Shown piece after piece: positions 10,198 to 20,377 of a stretch of 64,000 nucleotides of DNA. Both the position numbers and the translations under genes were made by a program. Positions within the stretch are counted from its first letter, which is position 1, and every line of letters starts with the position of its first letter. Under the pieces are notes generated by a model. It made no database searches. It saw only the letters and a program-made list of their open reading frames with translations, and was not told the origin of the DNA. The stretch is from an uncultured Syntrophomonadaceae bacterium (GTDB lineage: Bacteria; Bacillota; Dethiobacteria; DTU022; PWGO01), in contig CAZWVJ010000006.1 of NCBI GenBank assembly GCA_964636865.1, forward strand, positions 24,882-88,881, in the 5' to 3' direction.

Positions 10198-11205
10198 TTA
10201 CTGTCTCATTGAAGTCCATTCGGGGGAGAGACAAACTTTTTCCATAAGGTTCACACCATTCTCCACATCGCCGCCATCAACCATTTCAGAAGCTGTATGA
10301 ACATAACGGCAGGGGATGGACATTACTCCGGAAGGCACTCCTTCACGGCTTATGTGTATAGAACCGGCATCCGTACCGCCCCTTTCTAAAACTTCTAACT
10401 GGTAATCTATTTTATTCTTTTCCGCCGTTTCTATCATCAGACGCCGCACCCGGGGATGACAAATTACTGAAGAATCTTTTACTTTAACCGCAGGTCCTTT
10501 TCCTAAAGATACATCCATGCGCGGCGCTTCCGGCATATCCCCTACCCGGGTAACATCCACAGCCACAGCATAATGAGGAGCCAAACTGTAAGCTGCACTT
10601 TTGGCGCCTCTTAACCCCACTTCTTCTTGCACGGTGAAAACGAAAACCAGTTCCCGGGAAACTTTTTGCCCGTAGAGACGTTTTAACAATTCCACCAGGA
10701 CAACACATCCAATACGATTGTCCATGGCCTTGGCAAGGTATCTTTTACCCAGATCTACAAAGGAATGGTGAAAAACAGCCATATCACCCAGAGAAACTTT
10801 CGCCGCAGCTTCCTCTTTGCTGGAAGCTCCAATATCCAGGTATAGTTTTGACCAGGTTAACTCCTTAAAACTATCTACCTTCTCATGGTACACTGTTCCT
10901 ACAGTTCCGTTTGCAAATATAAATCGCTGGCCTATCAACTGATAAAAAGCTACGCCCCCTACCGAGGATATGCGCAAAAAACCTTTTTCATCAATATGGG
11001 TGATGATCAAACCAATTTCATCCATATGGGCTGCCAACATTAGGCGGGGATCTTTCCCTTTCCTTACTGCCACCAGGTTGCCTAATGGATCTGTAAATAC
11101 TTCATCGGCATAGTCTTTAACTTCTTCATAAATAACTCGGCGGATATCATCTTCAAGACCGGAAGGCCCAAAGGTTCCCGTAAATTTACTAATTAATTTT
11201 TGCAT
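10198..11205 (-). CDS. M42 family (TET/FrvX-type) aminopeptidase, paralogue 1
   Basis: LAAHMDEIGLIITHIDEKGFLRISSVGG and the downstream metal-ligand regions are typical of M42 glutamyl/leucyl aminopeptidases. The start is set at ATG 11205 (MQKLISKF...). The track start at 11229 is a TTG inside the ribosome-binding-like GGAAGGA. Confidence 0.8.
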   Translation of the reverse strand: MQKLISKFTGTFGPSGLEDDIRRVIYEEVKDYADEVFTDPLGNLVAVRKGKDPRLMLAAHMDEIGLIITHIDEKGFLRISSVGGVAFYQLIGQRFIFANGTVGTVYHEKVDSFKELTWSKLYLDIGASSKEEAAAKVSLGDMAVFHHSFVDLGKRYLAKAMDNRIGCVVLVELLKRLYGQKVSRELVFVFTVQEEVGLRGAKSAAYSLAPHYAVAVDVTRVGDMPEAPRMDVSLGKGPAVKVKDSSVICHPRVRRLMIETAEKNKIDYQLEVLERGGTDAGSIHISREGVPSGVMSIPCRYVHTASEMVDGGDVENGVNLMEKVCLSPEWTSMRQ

Positions 11206-11276
11206 GGCTAAGAAACAGACTCCTTCCAATTTATATTTTTAAGCCTATATTTTTTAAGCCAGCCACTTAGTTTCTT

Positions 11277-12311
11277 TCAAACTACGAAAGATTTGAGGAA
11301 TGCGCGGACGAGCTCCAGGGTATGCCGATAATCACTTTCTTTAAGAATAGAAAAGGGTGAATGAATATACCGGCAGGGAACTGATATCACGGCAGTGCGT
11401 GTTCCTTCCCGGGCTAAAGATATGGCCCCGGCATCGGTAAAACCACCGGTAAACCTGCGAAACTGAAAGGGAATTTTGTTTTGCTCCGCCGTCTTCACCA
11501 GTTTTTGCATAAGCTCTCGATCCACCATCACCGATTGATCCATGAAGGTGATAGCGGGACCCTGCCCTAAAGTAGTAGAATACTCGTGATCTTTTGATTC
11601 CGGCACATCGGAAGCCGCCGTTCCTTCAATTACAAGGGCTATTTCAGGGTTTAACGCATAAGCGGCTGTCCTGGCCCCCCGAAAGCCTACCTCTTCCTGC
11701 ACAGTGAAAGCCGCCTGAAAAGGGGGAAGGCCTTTCTGATGATCATGCAGCAGTTCCAACAGGATAGCACAACCCACCCGATCGTCAAAAGCTTTACCCA
11801 TGTAGCAATTATCGCCCAAACTTGTAAAAGCAGACTCGAAAGAAACATAATCCCCGATTTGTACCAATTTTTCCGCTTCTTCTTTTCCTTTGGCTCCGAT
11901 ATCTATAAAGAGGTTTTTAACTTCATAAGGTCGCTTGCGTTCATCCTCTCTCTGCAGATGAACAGCTTTAGCGCCGATAACACCCGGCACACGACCTTTT
12001 CCCACCAGGACGTTTTTGGCCACCAACACTCTATCATCAATACCCCCTACTTTTTTAAAGCGTAGATGCCCTGTTTTTTCTATGGAGCTGATCAAAAGTC
12101 CTACTTCATCCATATGAGCAGCCAGCATGATACGGGGGATTTTTGCAGGGGGAGCAGAACGATTTCCCTTGAAGCCCTTGCCTGCCAGCAAATTGCCCAT
12201 ATAGTCAGTATCTGCCTTAACTCGAGAAGGTAGAGCTTCCCGAATATATTTTCTAACCTCATTTTCATTACCGGAAACTCCGGGAATACCTGAAAGCTCT
12301 TCTAAAAACAT
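11277..12311 (-). CDS. M42 family aminopeptidase, paralogue 2
   Basis: 344 aa. MLAAHMDEVGLLISSIEKTGHLRFKKVGG, the same architecture as its neighbours. A GGGAGG ribosome-binding site lies upstream. Confidence 0.8.
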   Translation of the reverse strand: MFLEELSGIPGVSGNENEVRKYIREALPSRVKADTDYMGNLLAGKGFKGNRSAPPAKIPRIMLAAHMDEVGLLISSIEKTGHLRFKKVGGIDDRVLVAKNVLVGKGRVPGVIGAKAVHLQREDERKRPYEVKNLFIDIGAKGKEEAEKLVQIGDYVSFESAFTSLGDNCYMGKAFDDRVGCAILLELLHDHQKGLPPFQAAFTVQEEVGFRGARTAAYALNPEIALVIEGTAASDVPESKDHEYSTTLGQGPAITFMDQSVMVDRELMQKLVKTAEQNKIPFQFRRFTGGFTDAGAISLAREGTRTAVISVPCRYIHSPFSILKESDYRHTLELVRAFLKSFVV

Positions 12312-12438
12312 CTTACCTGGCCTCCCGATTATTCGATATAGCCACCGCCATATCTAAACAGATTTCTTTTCTGCAAGTGCTCTCCAACAAATAATAGGAA
12401 CATCCCTTACTTCCGCCACGCTTTTCCAAAGAAATTAA

Positions 12439-13509
12439 TCACTCATAACTGCAAACTTCCCCGAGGAAATTTTCATTAACTTCGGTAATAAAATAAGCCA
12501 GCAAGCTTCCCGCCAAATAAATATCTTGAGCATGCACCATTTCTACCGGCGTATGCATATATCGCAACGGAATAGAAAGCAGGGCGCAGGGAACGCCTTC
12601 CCTGCTTACCTGTATAGAACGGGCATCGGTAGGGGTAGCTCCGGGCGAGGGTTCCAAAACATAAGGAATACGAGATTCTTCGGCGAGTTTTTGTAATTTA
12701 TCACTCAATACCTGATGGATATTAGGGCCCACTGCAATAGCAGGGCCTTTACCTAATTCCGCAGTATCTTCCTGGTCTACGCCGGGCATGTTCCCATGGC
12801 AAACATCCACTGCCACCCCAATATCAGGCATAATTTCATAAGTTGAAGTAACTGCCCCCCTGGCTCCTACTTCTTCCTGCACCGTTCCCACAAAATAAAC
12901 ATCCGCCTGGTGGACAAGGCGTTGAAGTTCGCTGGCAGCATAAATTAAGCACATCACACCTGCCCGATCATCCAAAGCCTTACCGGTTAGACAAGAAGAA
13001 TCTTTCATCTGTCTCAAATTGCGGTGAATAGAAATAATATCGCCTACACGCACGATTTCTCGAGTTTGTTCCACCGGCAGTGCTACATCAACATGCATGT
13101 CTTCTATGCGCATTTCTTTTTGTATTTCTGTAGAAGTTACCAGGTGGGGTGATTTGGGTCCGATAACACCAATTAAATCTTTTTTCCCATGTACTATCAC
13201 CGTCTGCCCCCACAAAGTTCGCGGGTCAAATCCACCGATAGGGGTAAACCTTATAAACCCGTGTTCACTTATTTCATTTACCATGAGGCCGATTTCATCC
13301 AGGTGCGCAGAAACAAAAACTTTTTGCCTTTTACGGGATGAGCGGCGAGAAGCTCCTTTTTTATAGGCTACCAGGTTGCCTAACAAATCTCTTTTAATCT
13401 GGTGGACATAAGGTTCTATATGTTTCGCAGCCACCTCCGCCGCTGAGTTCTCTGCACCGGCAACTCCACTGGCTTCCGTCAACTCCTTGAGTATTGCATC
13501 CACTTCCAT
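12439..13509 (-). CDS. M42 family aminopeptidase, paralogue 3
   Basis: FVSAHLDEIGLMVNEISEHGFIRFTPIGG. The start is set at ATG 13509 (MEVDAILKELTEA...), with AAGGG 9 nt upstream. The track start is a GTG. Confidence 0.75.
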   Translation of the reverse strand: MEVDAILKELTEASGVAGAENSAAEVAAKHIEPYVHQIKRDLLGNLVAYKKGASRRSSRKRQKVFVSAHLDEIGLMVNEISEHGFIRFTPIGGFDPRTLWGQTVIVHGKKDLIGVIGPKSPHLVTSTEIQKEMRIEDMHVDVALPVEQTREIVRVGDIISIHRNLRQMKDSSCLTGKALDDRAGVMCLIYAASELQRLVHQADVYFVGTVQEEVGARGAVTSTYEIMPDIGVAVDVCHGNMPGVDQEDTAELGKGPAIAVGPNIHQVLSDKLQKLAEESRIPYVLEPSPGATPTDARSIQVSREGVPCALLSIPLRYMHTPVEMVHAQDIYLAGSLLAYFITEVNENFLGEVCSYE

Positions 13510-13540
13510 AGAAGTCACCCTTTCTCCCGTTTAACCGGAA

Positions 13541-14611
13541 TTACAGGTTTTGCTCTACCTCCCGCAACAAACGGTATACTTTCTCCGCCTGAGCTTCCGT
13601 AAGAGTACCCGCGCCGCAACTTGGCGTAACCATTAACTGCTCTTCCAACAACCGGCGCTCCACGCCATGCGAAACCAGTGTGTCTATGCCCTCTCTCAAT
13701 TTAGCCATAAGTGATTCCGCATTTTCTTCCTCAATTTCTTGCGAAGTAGGGACTATTCCCCAGGAAAGGATACCGCCTCTCTGCAGGAAATCTTTCAATT
13801 GATCAGTGTAGACAAGCATGGAAGAAAAATAGCCATAAGCGTCAAAATTAACCACATCCAAAGGCAAATCAAACAATAAAGACCAGTCTACTCCGGCACA
13901 GCAATGCACACCGGACACCCCCCCGGCATTTTTTATCCCGGTCACCATCTCCTGCACGCTTTGCTGGATAAATTCCCTGCTTAATCCTACATAAGTGGAA
14001 GTTCCATAGCCATAAATAGCAGGATCATCAATAAAAATAAGAACCGGCTTTTGAAAAGCAGCCAACTTCTGCAGTTGCCAGCAAGATTGGTAAGTAAGGG
14101 TTTTAACCAGTATTTCCCGCAGCTGATCATTATAAAAAGCGGCACTTCCGGCAGGGTCTGTTACCTGTAAGCCTATTACCAAAGGCCCGCTTACTTGCCC
14201 CTTAATTACTTCCACTTCCGAGGCTTCCCAGTTTTCCTGCAAAAAAGCATAAAAACCTTCCGCCGTATCAGCGGGAAAAGCAAACATTTCACCAACGTTT
14301 GACTCTGTAAAATTGTTTTCTTCCACCTCTACCAGCGTCTCATAATAATTAAGCACCCGTTCATCCCAGTCGGGGGCATCTGTACGAAAGTAAGGCTTCC
14401 CGTCATCTTCCTCTTCCGAAGTAACTAACCCTGCCTGGACAAGGGGAGCAAGATACTGCCTCACAATGCCCTCGCGAGGGTTTCTGCGGGGCAGTTGAGG
14501 CCAGTGGGGAATATACTGCAGATTTTCTTTAATTAAATTTATGCCTTCGTCTACAGATTGGTGGGGTAAACTTCCGATACCGGTTGCCCTGTGCATTAGT
14601 TTCGTGTGCAA
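13541..14611 (-). CDS. Cobalamin-independent methionine synthase (MetE C-terminal-like / URO-D-like) family protein
   Basis: 356 aa. N-terminal ATGIGSLPH resembles the MetE TTxIGSFP motif. A His-x-Cys motif (VHCCAG) and a C-terminal Cys (TPSCGAG) resemble the MetE zinc ligands. The substrate is not assignable. Confidence 0.5.
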   Translation of the reverse strand: MHTKLMHRATGIGSLPHQSVDEGINLIKENLQYIPHWPQLPRRNPREGIVRQYLAPLVQAGLVTSEEEDDGKPYFRTDAPDWDERVLNYYETLVEVEENNFTESNVGEMFAFPADTAEGFYAFLQENWEASEVEVIKGQVSGPLVIGLQVTDPAGSAAFYNDQLREILVKTLTYQSCWQLQKLAAFQKPVLIFIDDPAIYGYGTSTYVGLSREFIQQSVQEMVTGIKNAGGVSGVHCCAGVDWSLLFDLPLDVVNFDAYGYFSSMLVYTDQLKDFLQRGGILSWGIVPTSQEIEEENAESLMAKLREGIDTLVSHGVERRLLEEQLMVTPSCGAGTLTEAQAEKVYRLLREVEQNL

Positions 14612-14757
14612 AATAAGACCTCCCTATCCTAAACTAAAGTTAGTTCCTTTTGTTTCCTTAATTAACACCAATAGTTTTTTATTCTTTATATATTGGGGGT
14701 TCAAGTTTTATTCACTCCCAAATATTTCCAGATTATTTAGCACCTCTTTAATTTATT

Positions 14758-16386
14758 CTAAGATTCTTCTTTAATTAAATTTAGGATTTTGTTATTTTTA
14801 AAAACTGACGGCATTTCTTTACAAAGCAAACCATATTCAATACTGTCCACCAATGCCATCCAACTTGCTTCAATTATATTTGCGGAAACACCCACCGTAC
14901 TCCAGGCTATTTCATCGTTCTTAGACTCCAATAAAACTCTTACCTGAGCACCGGTGCCATCTCGCGCTTCCAAAACCCTTACTTTGTAGTCCACAAGTTT
15001 GATGTTCTTCATTTCCGGGTATACTTCCTCCATTGCTTTGCGCAGGGCATGGTCCAGAGCATTAACAGGCCCGTTGCCTTCGGCGGCAGTGTGAATTTTC
15101 TTATCACCCACAGAAACTTTGATGGTAGCTTCACAAAGAGCTTCCCCATCTCCGTTTTTCTCTACAATAACCCTAAAACCTTCCAAGTTAAACAAGCTCC
15201 GGTATGCATTCATAACCTTCCAGACCATAAGCTCAAAGGAACCTTCTGCTGCTTCAAATTGGTACCCCTGGTGCTCCATTTCCTTAATTCTCTCTACAAT
15301 CCTTTGGGTTTCCGGAGTTTCTTTCAAAAGCTCAATGTTATTTTGGCGTGCTTTGAAAAGAACATTACTTTTGCCCCCAAGCTCTGATACAAGTATACGC
15401 CGGCGGTTTCCAATTAATTCAGGCTTAAGGTGCTCATAAGTTTCAGGAGCTTTACTTACAGCGTCTACATGCACACCACCCTTGTGGGCAAAAGCATTAA
15501 AGCCCACATAAGGCTGGTCTTCAGAAGGTATCATGTTACATAATTCCGCCACATAATGAGAAATGTCGGTTAGTTTTTTGAGTTTGCTCTTGGAAAGCAC
15601 ATTCATTTTAAGCTTGAACTTCAGGGTAGGGATGATAGTGCATAAATTAGCATTGCCGCATCTTTCCCCATAGCCATTGATAGTACCCTGCACATGCCTT
15701 ATTCCCTCACGCACCGCCATGGTAGAATTAGCCACAGCCATTCCTCCGTCATTATGGACATGAATCCCCAAAGGGGAAGTGATTGTTTTTTTAACTTCCT
15801 TAACGATGCTCTGCATTTCCCAGGGCATGATTCCTCCATTGGTATCACACAGCACTATGAGGTCGGCTCCGTTTTCTGCAGCCACTTCAAGGGTTTTCAG
15901 GGCATATTCGGGATTTTGTTTGTAACCGTCAAAAAAATGTTCAGCATCAAATATTACCTGCTTATCCAGTCCCTTGAAATATTCTATGGTATCACCGATC
16001 ATCTCCAGGTTTTCATTCAGATCGGTTTCCAGGGCATTAGTAACCTGGAAATCCCAGCTCTTCCCAAAGATCGTCACTGTGGCTGTATCAGCTGCCGCGA
16101 TAGCAGCTATATTTTTATCTTCATCAACTTTAATGCCAGGTTTGCGGGTACTGCCAAAAGCAGTAATCCGGCAGTTTTCAAATTTCATTTCTTTTACCGC
16201 TTCAAAAAATTCTATATCCTTGGGATTGGAACCCGGCCAGCCCCCTTCAATATAATCGACCCCCAATTCATCAAGTTTTTCCGCAATTTTAAGCTTATCT
16301 TTAACTGAAAGGGATATACCTTCCCGTTGGGCACCATCCCGCAATGTGGTATCATACAACTCCACTTTTTTCCGTGCTGTAGCCAT
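14758..16386 (-). CDS. cimA: (R)-citramalate synthase / 2-isopropylmalate synthase family (CimA-type)
   Basis: N-terminus KKVELYDTTLRDGAQREGISLSVKDKLKIAEKLDELGVDYIEGGWPGSNPKDIEFF matches CimA closely. About 540 aa with a C-terminal LeuA-dimer regulatory domain. The start is ATG 16386, with AAGGAGG 8 nt upstream. Confidence 0.8.
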   Translation of the reverse strand: MATARKKVELYDTTLRDGAQREGISLSVKDKLKIAEKLDELGVDYIEGGWPGSNPKDIEFFEAVKEMKFENCRITAFGSTRKPGIKVDEDKNIAAIAAADTATVTIFGKSWDFQVTNALETDLNENLEMIGDTIEYFKGLDKQVIFDAEHFFDGYKQNPEYALKTLEVAAENGADLIVLCDTNGGIMPWEMQSIVKEVKKTITSPLGIHVHNDGGMAVANSTMAVREGIRHVQGTINGYGERCGNANLCTIIPTLKFKLKMNVLSKSKLKKLTDISHYVAELCNMIPSEDQPYVGFNAFAHKGGVHVDAVSKAPETYEHLKPELIGNRRRILVSELGGKSNVLFKARQNNIELLKETPETQRIVERIKEMEHQGYQFEAAEGSFELMVWKVMNAYRSLFNLEGFRVIVEKNGDGEALCEATIKVSVGDKKIHTAAEGNGPVNALDHALRKAMEEVYPEMKNIKLVDYKVRVLEARDGTGAQVRVLLESKNDEIAWSTVGVSANIIEASWMALVDSIEYGLLCKEMPSVFKNNKILNLIKEES

Positions 16387-16706
16387 AACTACACCTCCTT
16401 TACATCTCCATGGCATCTGCTATTTAAGCCATTTTTATATTTTTCTTTTTTATTTTTCAAGTCTTATCCCGGTTCGATTAGTTACTCTTTATTTTACTAA
16501 CATAATCAGTAGTATACCGTACTGCCTGTCTCTATACAAGGATATTGGAAAGTTTCCCTTTTTTTTCTTTCATTTTTGTATTTTCCTGATAATAACCAAC
16601 AAATTTTACCATGTTTCCCTAAATGGTTTGAAATTATTTATAGTTAATCCATAATGCAGTTATACTTTAGAGAAGCTCAAATTAATTTTTGACCACGCCT
16701 GAAATT

Positions 16707-17921
16707 TTACATTTTCTTACGCTTTAATTCCACAGCATTATGTGGGCAGACCTCCTGGCAACAATAACAGCGGATACACGAAGAATGATCTATAAATAAA
16801 AGTTCCTGCCCTGCATCGTTTCCATTTTTATTTGCCCTGTCTTTTAAATTTTTGGAATCTTCCATGCAGGTGGAAGCGGGTTGACTAATTATACACCCCA
16901 CGGGGCAATGATCCAGGCAGGTTTTACAATGAGTGCACCGACTGCCAATATGAGGCCAGGGGCGATACAATTCGCGTATTTCCCGCAGGCGGGCGGGCAT
17001 ATATCTCCACAGAAAAGACCAACCACGCCCGGAAGCGCCCTTATCAAAATCCTGCAAGCGCAGTTCCTGAAACGGGCCGGATATTTCTACATCAGAAAGA
17101 TCCTTCTTTAAATATCCCCGTTTTACTGCCGCTTCCAAAACCGAAACTTCACCCGGAACATAACCGACCATACGGGCACAAGCAGCATCAAGCGCCAGGG
17201 CATCCGGTGAAGCCAGAAGAGCACCTAAAGTACGAGGACGCCCGCTTCGCGGCCCTAAGCCTTCCATAGCCACCACTGCATCTACAAGGGAAAGGGAGGG
17301 TTTTATATTCAGGTATAAATCAAGGAGCATATGGCCAAAATCACCAACCCCGGGATGACGGAGATGATAATACCTCTTATAATTACCCGCAATCAGGCCA
17401 TAACAATTTTTCACTGCAGCTGTCAGCCCGGTGAGGGTGTGGGTCTTTAGTTTGGCTATATTGATAATAAGATCCATTTCCATGGCTTCCGCTGAAACGG
17501 CAAATGTAGGACAGGTATGCGCTCCTTCCCAGGTAAGGAATTTTTTTTCTATCAGAGGCATCATTTCAGCTCCCGTATTTTGAACTACCTCCGTTATACC
17601 GCTTACTTCTGCCACTTTTTGTAAACTGCCGTGCATAGAGCTATCGCCTATGTAAGCTTTTCCTCCTGCATTCTGCACAGCTTCAATTACTGCTTGTACC
17701 ACCGCCGGGTGAGTGGTCACAGCATCTGCAGAGGGAGCGGGAGCCAATAAGTTAGGCTTAATAAGAACCCGGGAACCAGGGCTTACATAATTTTCAATCC
17801 CTCCATAATAATGTAATGTTTCCTTTAAAGCCTCATCCACAGTATTTTGCTCATAATTTCTGCAATGTGATATGCTTGCATAGCGAGGTCCCGATTCAAG
17901 ATTTTCTTTTTCCTTGTTCAT
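16707..17921 (-). CDS. DUF362 domain protein with C-terminal 2x[4Fe-4S] ferredoxin domain
   Basis: 404 aa. DUF362-like core (VLIKPNLL...). C-terminal CTHCKTCLDHCPVGC and CIRCYCCQEVCP cysteine clusters. Confidence 0.6.
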   Translation of the reverse strand: MNKEKENLESGPRYASISHCRNYEQNTVDEALKETLHYYGGIENYVSPGSRVLIKPNLLAPAPSADAVTTHPAVVQAVIEAVQNAGGKAYIGDSSMHGSLQKVAEVSGITEVVQNTGAEMMPLIEKKFLTWEGAHTCPTFAVSAEAMEMDLIINIAKLKTHTLTGLTAAVKNCYGLIAGNYKRYYHLRHPGVGDFGHMLLDLYLNIKPSLSLVDAVVAMEGLGPRSGRPRTLGALLASPDALALDAACARMVGYVPGEVSVLEAAVKRGYLKKDLSDVEISGPFQELRLQDFDKGASGRGWSFLWRYMPARLREIRELYRPWPHIGSRCTHCKTCLDHCPVGCIISQPASTCMEDSKNLKDRANKNGNDAGQELLFIDHSSCIRCYCCQEVCPHNAVELKRKKM

Positions 17922-18211
17922 CCTGTTTTAAGCGAAGATACTCCCACTTTTAAGCGATAGCATAAGTGGAAGAGGAATCGCCACTCCTCCTTTCTTTCTA
18001 CCAAGCTTCTAAATTATGAATAAGTTAACAAGTTAACACACAGCGTACCATTAAATATAGCAGGATGGCATAGATTTGACAAAACTACCAATAAAAATTA
18101 AACTTAAGCTGAAATGAGCGGCTGTAATAATATGGAGGCTTAAGTCAAAAATTAATAAAAATTAATTTTTGGTTTTTTATATTTGGAAAGGACAAAAAAT
18201 ATGCCTCCAGG

Positions 18212-18523
18212 ATGGATGGTATATTAATGTTTACTGCAAAAAATGAACAGAAAGAATCTGAAAATCACCACAACAAAAACAGCGGCCGCTGTAACCACTG
18301 CGGAAAAGAATTAATAGAAACAGAAGCACATTCCAAAGTGGTTCGAGATGGCATTTCCACAGATTACATGGCATTACCTTTTATTTATCGCCGCAAGCAG
18401 CTGTGTGAAGTCTGTTTCAAATTTTTTAGCAAGAAAGAACGTTTGGATAGGGTTTTAGCTATTATTGGGCTTATCATAGTGATAACCCTGATTTTCTCGG
18501 TAATGCTTCCCGCATTTTTTTAA
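18212..18523 (+). CDS. Small zinc-ribbon-like tail-anchored membrane protein (hypothetical)
   Basis: 103 aa. CNHCGKE...CEVC pairs of cysteines and a C-terminal hydrophobic helix LAIIGLIIVITLIFSVMLPAFF. It is the lone plus-strand gene between two minus-strand operons. Confidence 0.4.
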   Translation: MDGILMFTAKNEQKESENHHNKNSGRCNHCGKELIETEAHSKVVRDGISTDYMALPFIYRRKQLCEVCFKFFSKKERLDRVLAIIGLIIVITLIFSVMLPAFF

Positions 18524-18634
18524 TAAAACGGTTGCCGGTAATTTGCCCGGTTCTATTACTTCCCTCTCTCATTTAGGAGTCTGCGCCAGAGTGCTTTATT
18601 TTTTTACCCTAAGTCAGCTTGTTTATCCCTTTAA

Positions 18635-20377
18635 TTAGAAATTAAACAAGGTAAAACCAGAGTTCAGCAGCGATTGGGTATAAGAGTGCTCGGGTTGATG
18701 AATTATCCTGGAAGGGGTAGTTTCTTCAACAATGCGGCCGGCCTGCATTACACCGACTCGATCTCCGGCTCTGGCGGCCAATGCCAGGTCATGAGTAATC
18801 AGGAAAAGGGCAAAACCTCTTTCGTTCTGCAGATGCAACAGAAGCTTAATCACTTTGGCCTGAACACTTGCATCCAGTGAAGCGCTGGGCTCATCAGCAA
18901 CGAGCAAGCGGGGCTCCAAAACCAAAGCCCGGGCTAATGCTACCCGCTGTAATTCTCCCCCACTCAGGTGATGGGGATATTCATTTAGAAAGTGGTCATT
19001 AGTAGGCAATTCCACCCATTCCAAAGAGCGGCAAACAGCTTCCCGCCGGCTTTGTTCATCTCCTATTTTTTGAATAATCAGGGGTTCAGCTACCAACTCT
19101 GATACCGTCAAACGGTGACTTAGAGCTTCGCCGGCATTCTGAAAGAGCATTTGCAAATCCCGGCTTAATTCTTTCTTTGCTCTGCCCTTGAAGCGCCGGA
19201 GTTCTGTCCCCTGAAAAAACACTTCCCCTCGAAAAGGGGGATCTACACCGGCCAGGATACGCCCCAGAGTACTTTTCCCAGATCCGCTTTCTCCCACCAG
19301 GGCATAAACTTCTCCTTCTCTTAAATTTATATTTACACCGCTCACCGCCTCCAGATAAGACGATCCGCCGCTTTCGGATACGCCGTTATAACCATTCAGG
19401 CTGTATCGCTGGATTAACCCCTTCCCGCGAAGAATCTCAATCACCCCTCCCCGGTGGCAAGACAGATACCACCCGGAATTAACTTCAGCAGGAGCAGGTT
19501 GAGGGTGTTCCCGAACACAAACTTCTAAAGACTGAGTACAGCGAGGATGAAAAGGGCATCCGCCCGGACGTTCGCTTAAAGAAGGAAATTCTCCGCGAAT
19601 ACCCTGCAATTCCCTGGGGCCATCAAGAGTCGGATAGGCACGCACCAGGGAACGGGTATAGGGATGAAGAGGGGTTTGCAAAAAAGAACTAGTAGGCGCT
19701 TGTTCCAGGATAGAACCGCAATAAAGGACCGCAGTCTGAGAAGCCAGCCTGGCCACAGCTGATAGATCATGAGAAATGACCAGCACTGTCCTTTCCTCGC
19801 TTAATTCTTCCAATAAATCGAGAATTTCCGACTTGGTAAGGGCATCCAGGGAGGATACGGGTTCGTCAAGAATAAGAAGTTCCGGATCCGTAACCAGGGC
19901 CATAGCCAACAAGGCTTTTTGTACTTCACCTCCGCTGAGGGTGAAGGGATATCGATAAAAGAATGATTCCCCCAACCCAACACGGCTTAAAAGCCGGGCA
20001 GCTCTCTGATAAGCTTCTTCTTTTTGGTGGGGAAGTTCTTTCAGGGAAGGTTCCATAACCTGATCAATCAGGGGAATCATAGGAGTGAGCATCTCTCCGG
20101 ACTGCTGCCTGACCATGGAAATGGAAGATCCCCGCACCTTTTCCCACTCCCGTGATGATTTATGCAATAACTCTTCACCCCTGAATTTAACCGAGCCTGT
20201 CACTCTGCCTGCAGACATTCCCATAACTGTAAGCGCCAGGGTGCTTTTTCCCGAACCGGATTCGCCCACTATCCCCCATCTCTCGCCTTTCTTCACGGAC
20301 AAGTTCACCCCGTTCAAAACAGGCAAGTTTCCATGAGAGGTGGGAACTTTTACGGTTAAGTCACTAATCTCCAGCAT
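18635..20377 (-). CDS. ABC transporter ATP-binding protein with two fused ATPase domains (DppD/DppF- or NikD/NikE-like)
   Basis: 580 aa. Two Walker A sites (GESGSGKST twice), two LSGG signature motifs, and oligopeptide/nickel-type C-terminal extensions. Confidence 0.85.
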   Translation of the reverse strand: MLEISDLTVKVPTSHGNLPVLNGVNLSVKKGERWGIVGESGSGKSTLALTVMGMSAGRVTGSVKFRGEELLHKSSREWEKVRGSSISMVRQQSGEMLTPMIPLIDQVMEPSLKELPHQKEEAYQRAARLLSRVGLGESFFYRYPFTLSGGEVQKALLAMALVTDPELLILDEPVSSLDALTKSEILDLLEELSEERTVLVISHDLSAVARLASQTAVLYCGSILEQAPTSSFLQTPLHPYTRSLVRAYPTLDGPRELQGIRGEFPSLSERPGGCPFHPRCTQSLEVCVREHPQPAPAEVNSGWYLSCHRGGVIEILRGKGLIQRYSLNGYNGVSESGGSSYLEAVSGVNINLREGEVYALVGESGSGKSTLGRILAGVDPPFRGEVFFQGTELRRFKGRAKKELSRDLQMLFQNAGEALSHRLTVSELVAEPLIIQKIGDEQSRREAVCRSLEWVELPTNDHFLNEYPHHLSGGELQRVALARALVLEPRLLVADEPSASLDASVQAKVIKLLLHLQNERGFALFLITHDLALAARAGDRVGVMQAGRIVEETTPSRIIHQPEHSYTQSLLNSGFTLFNF

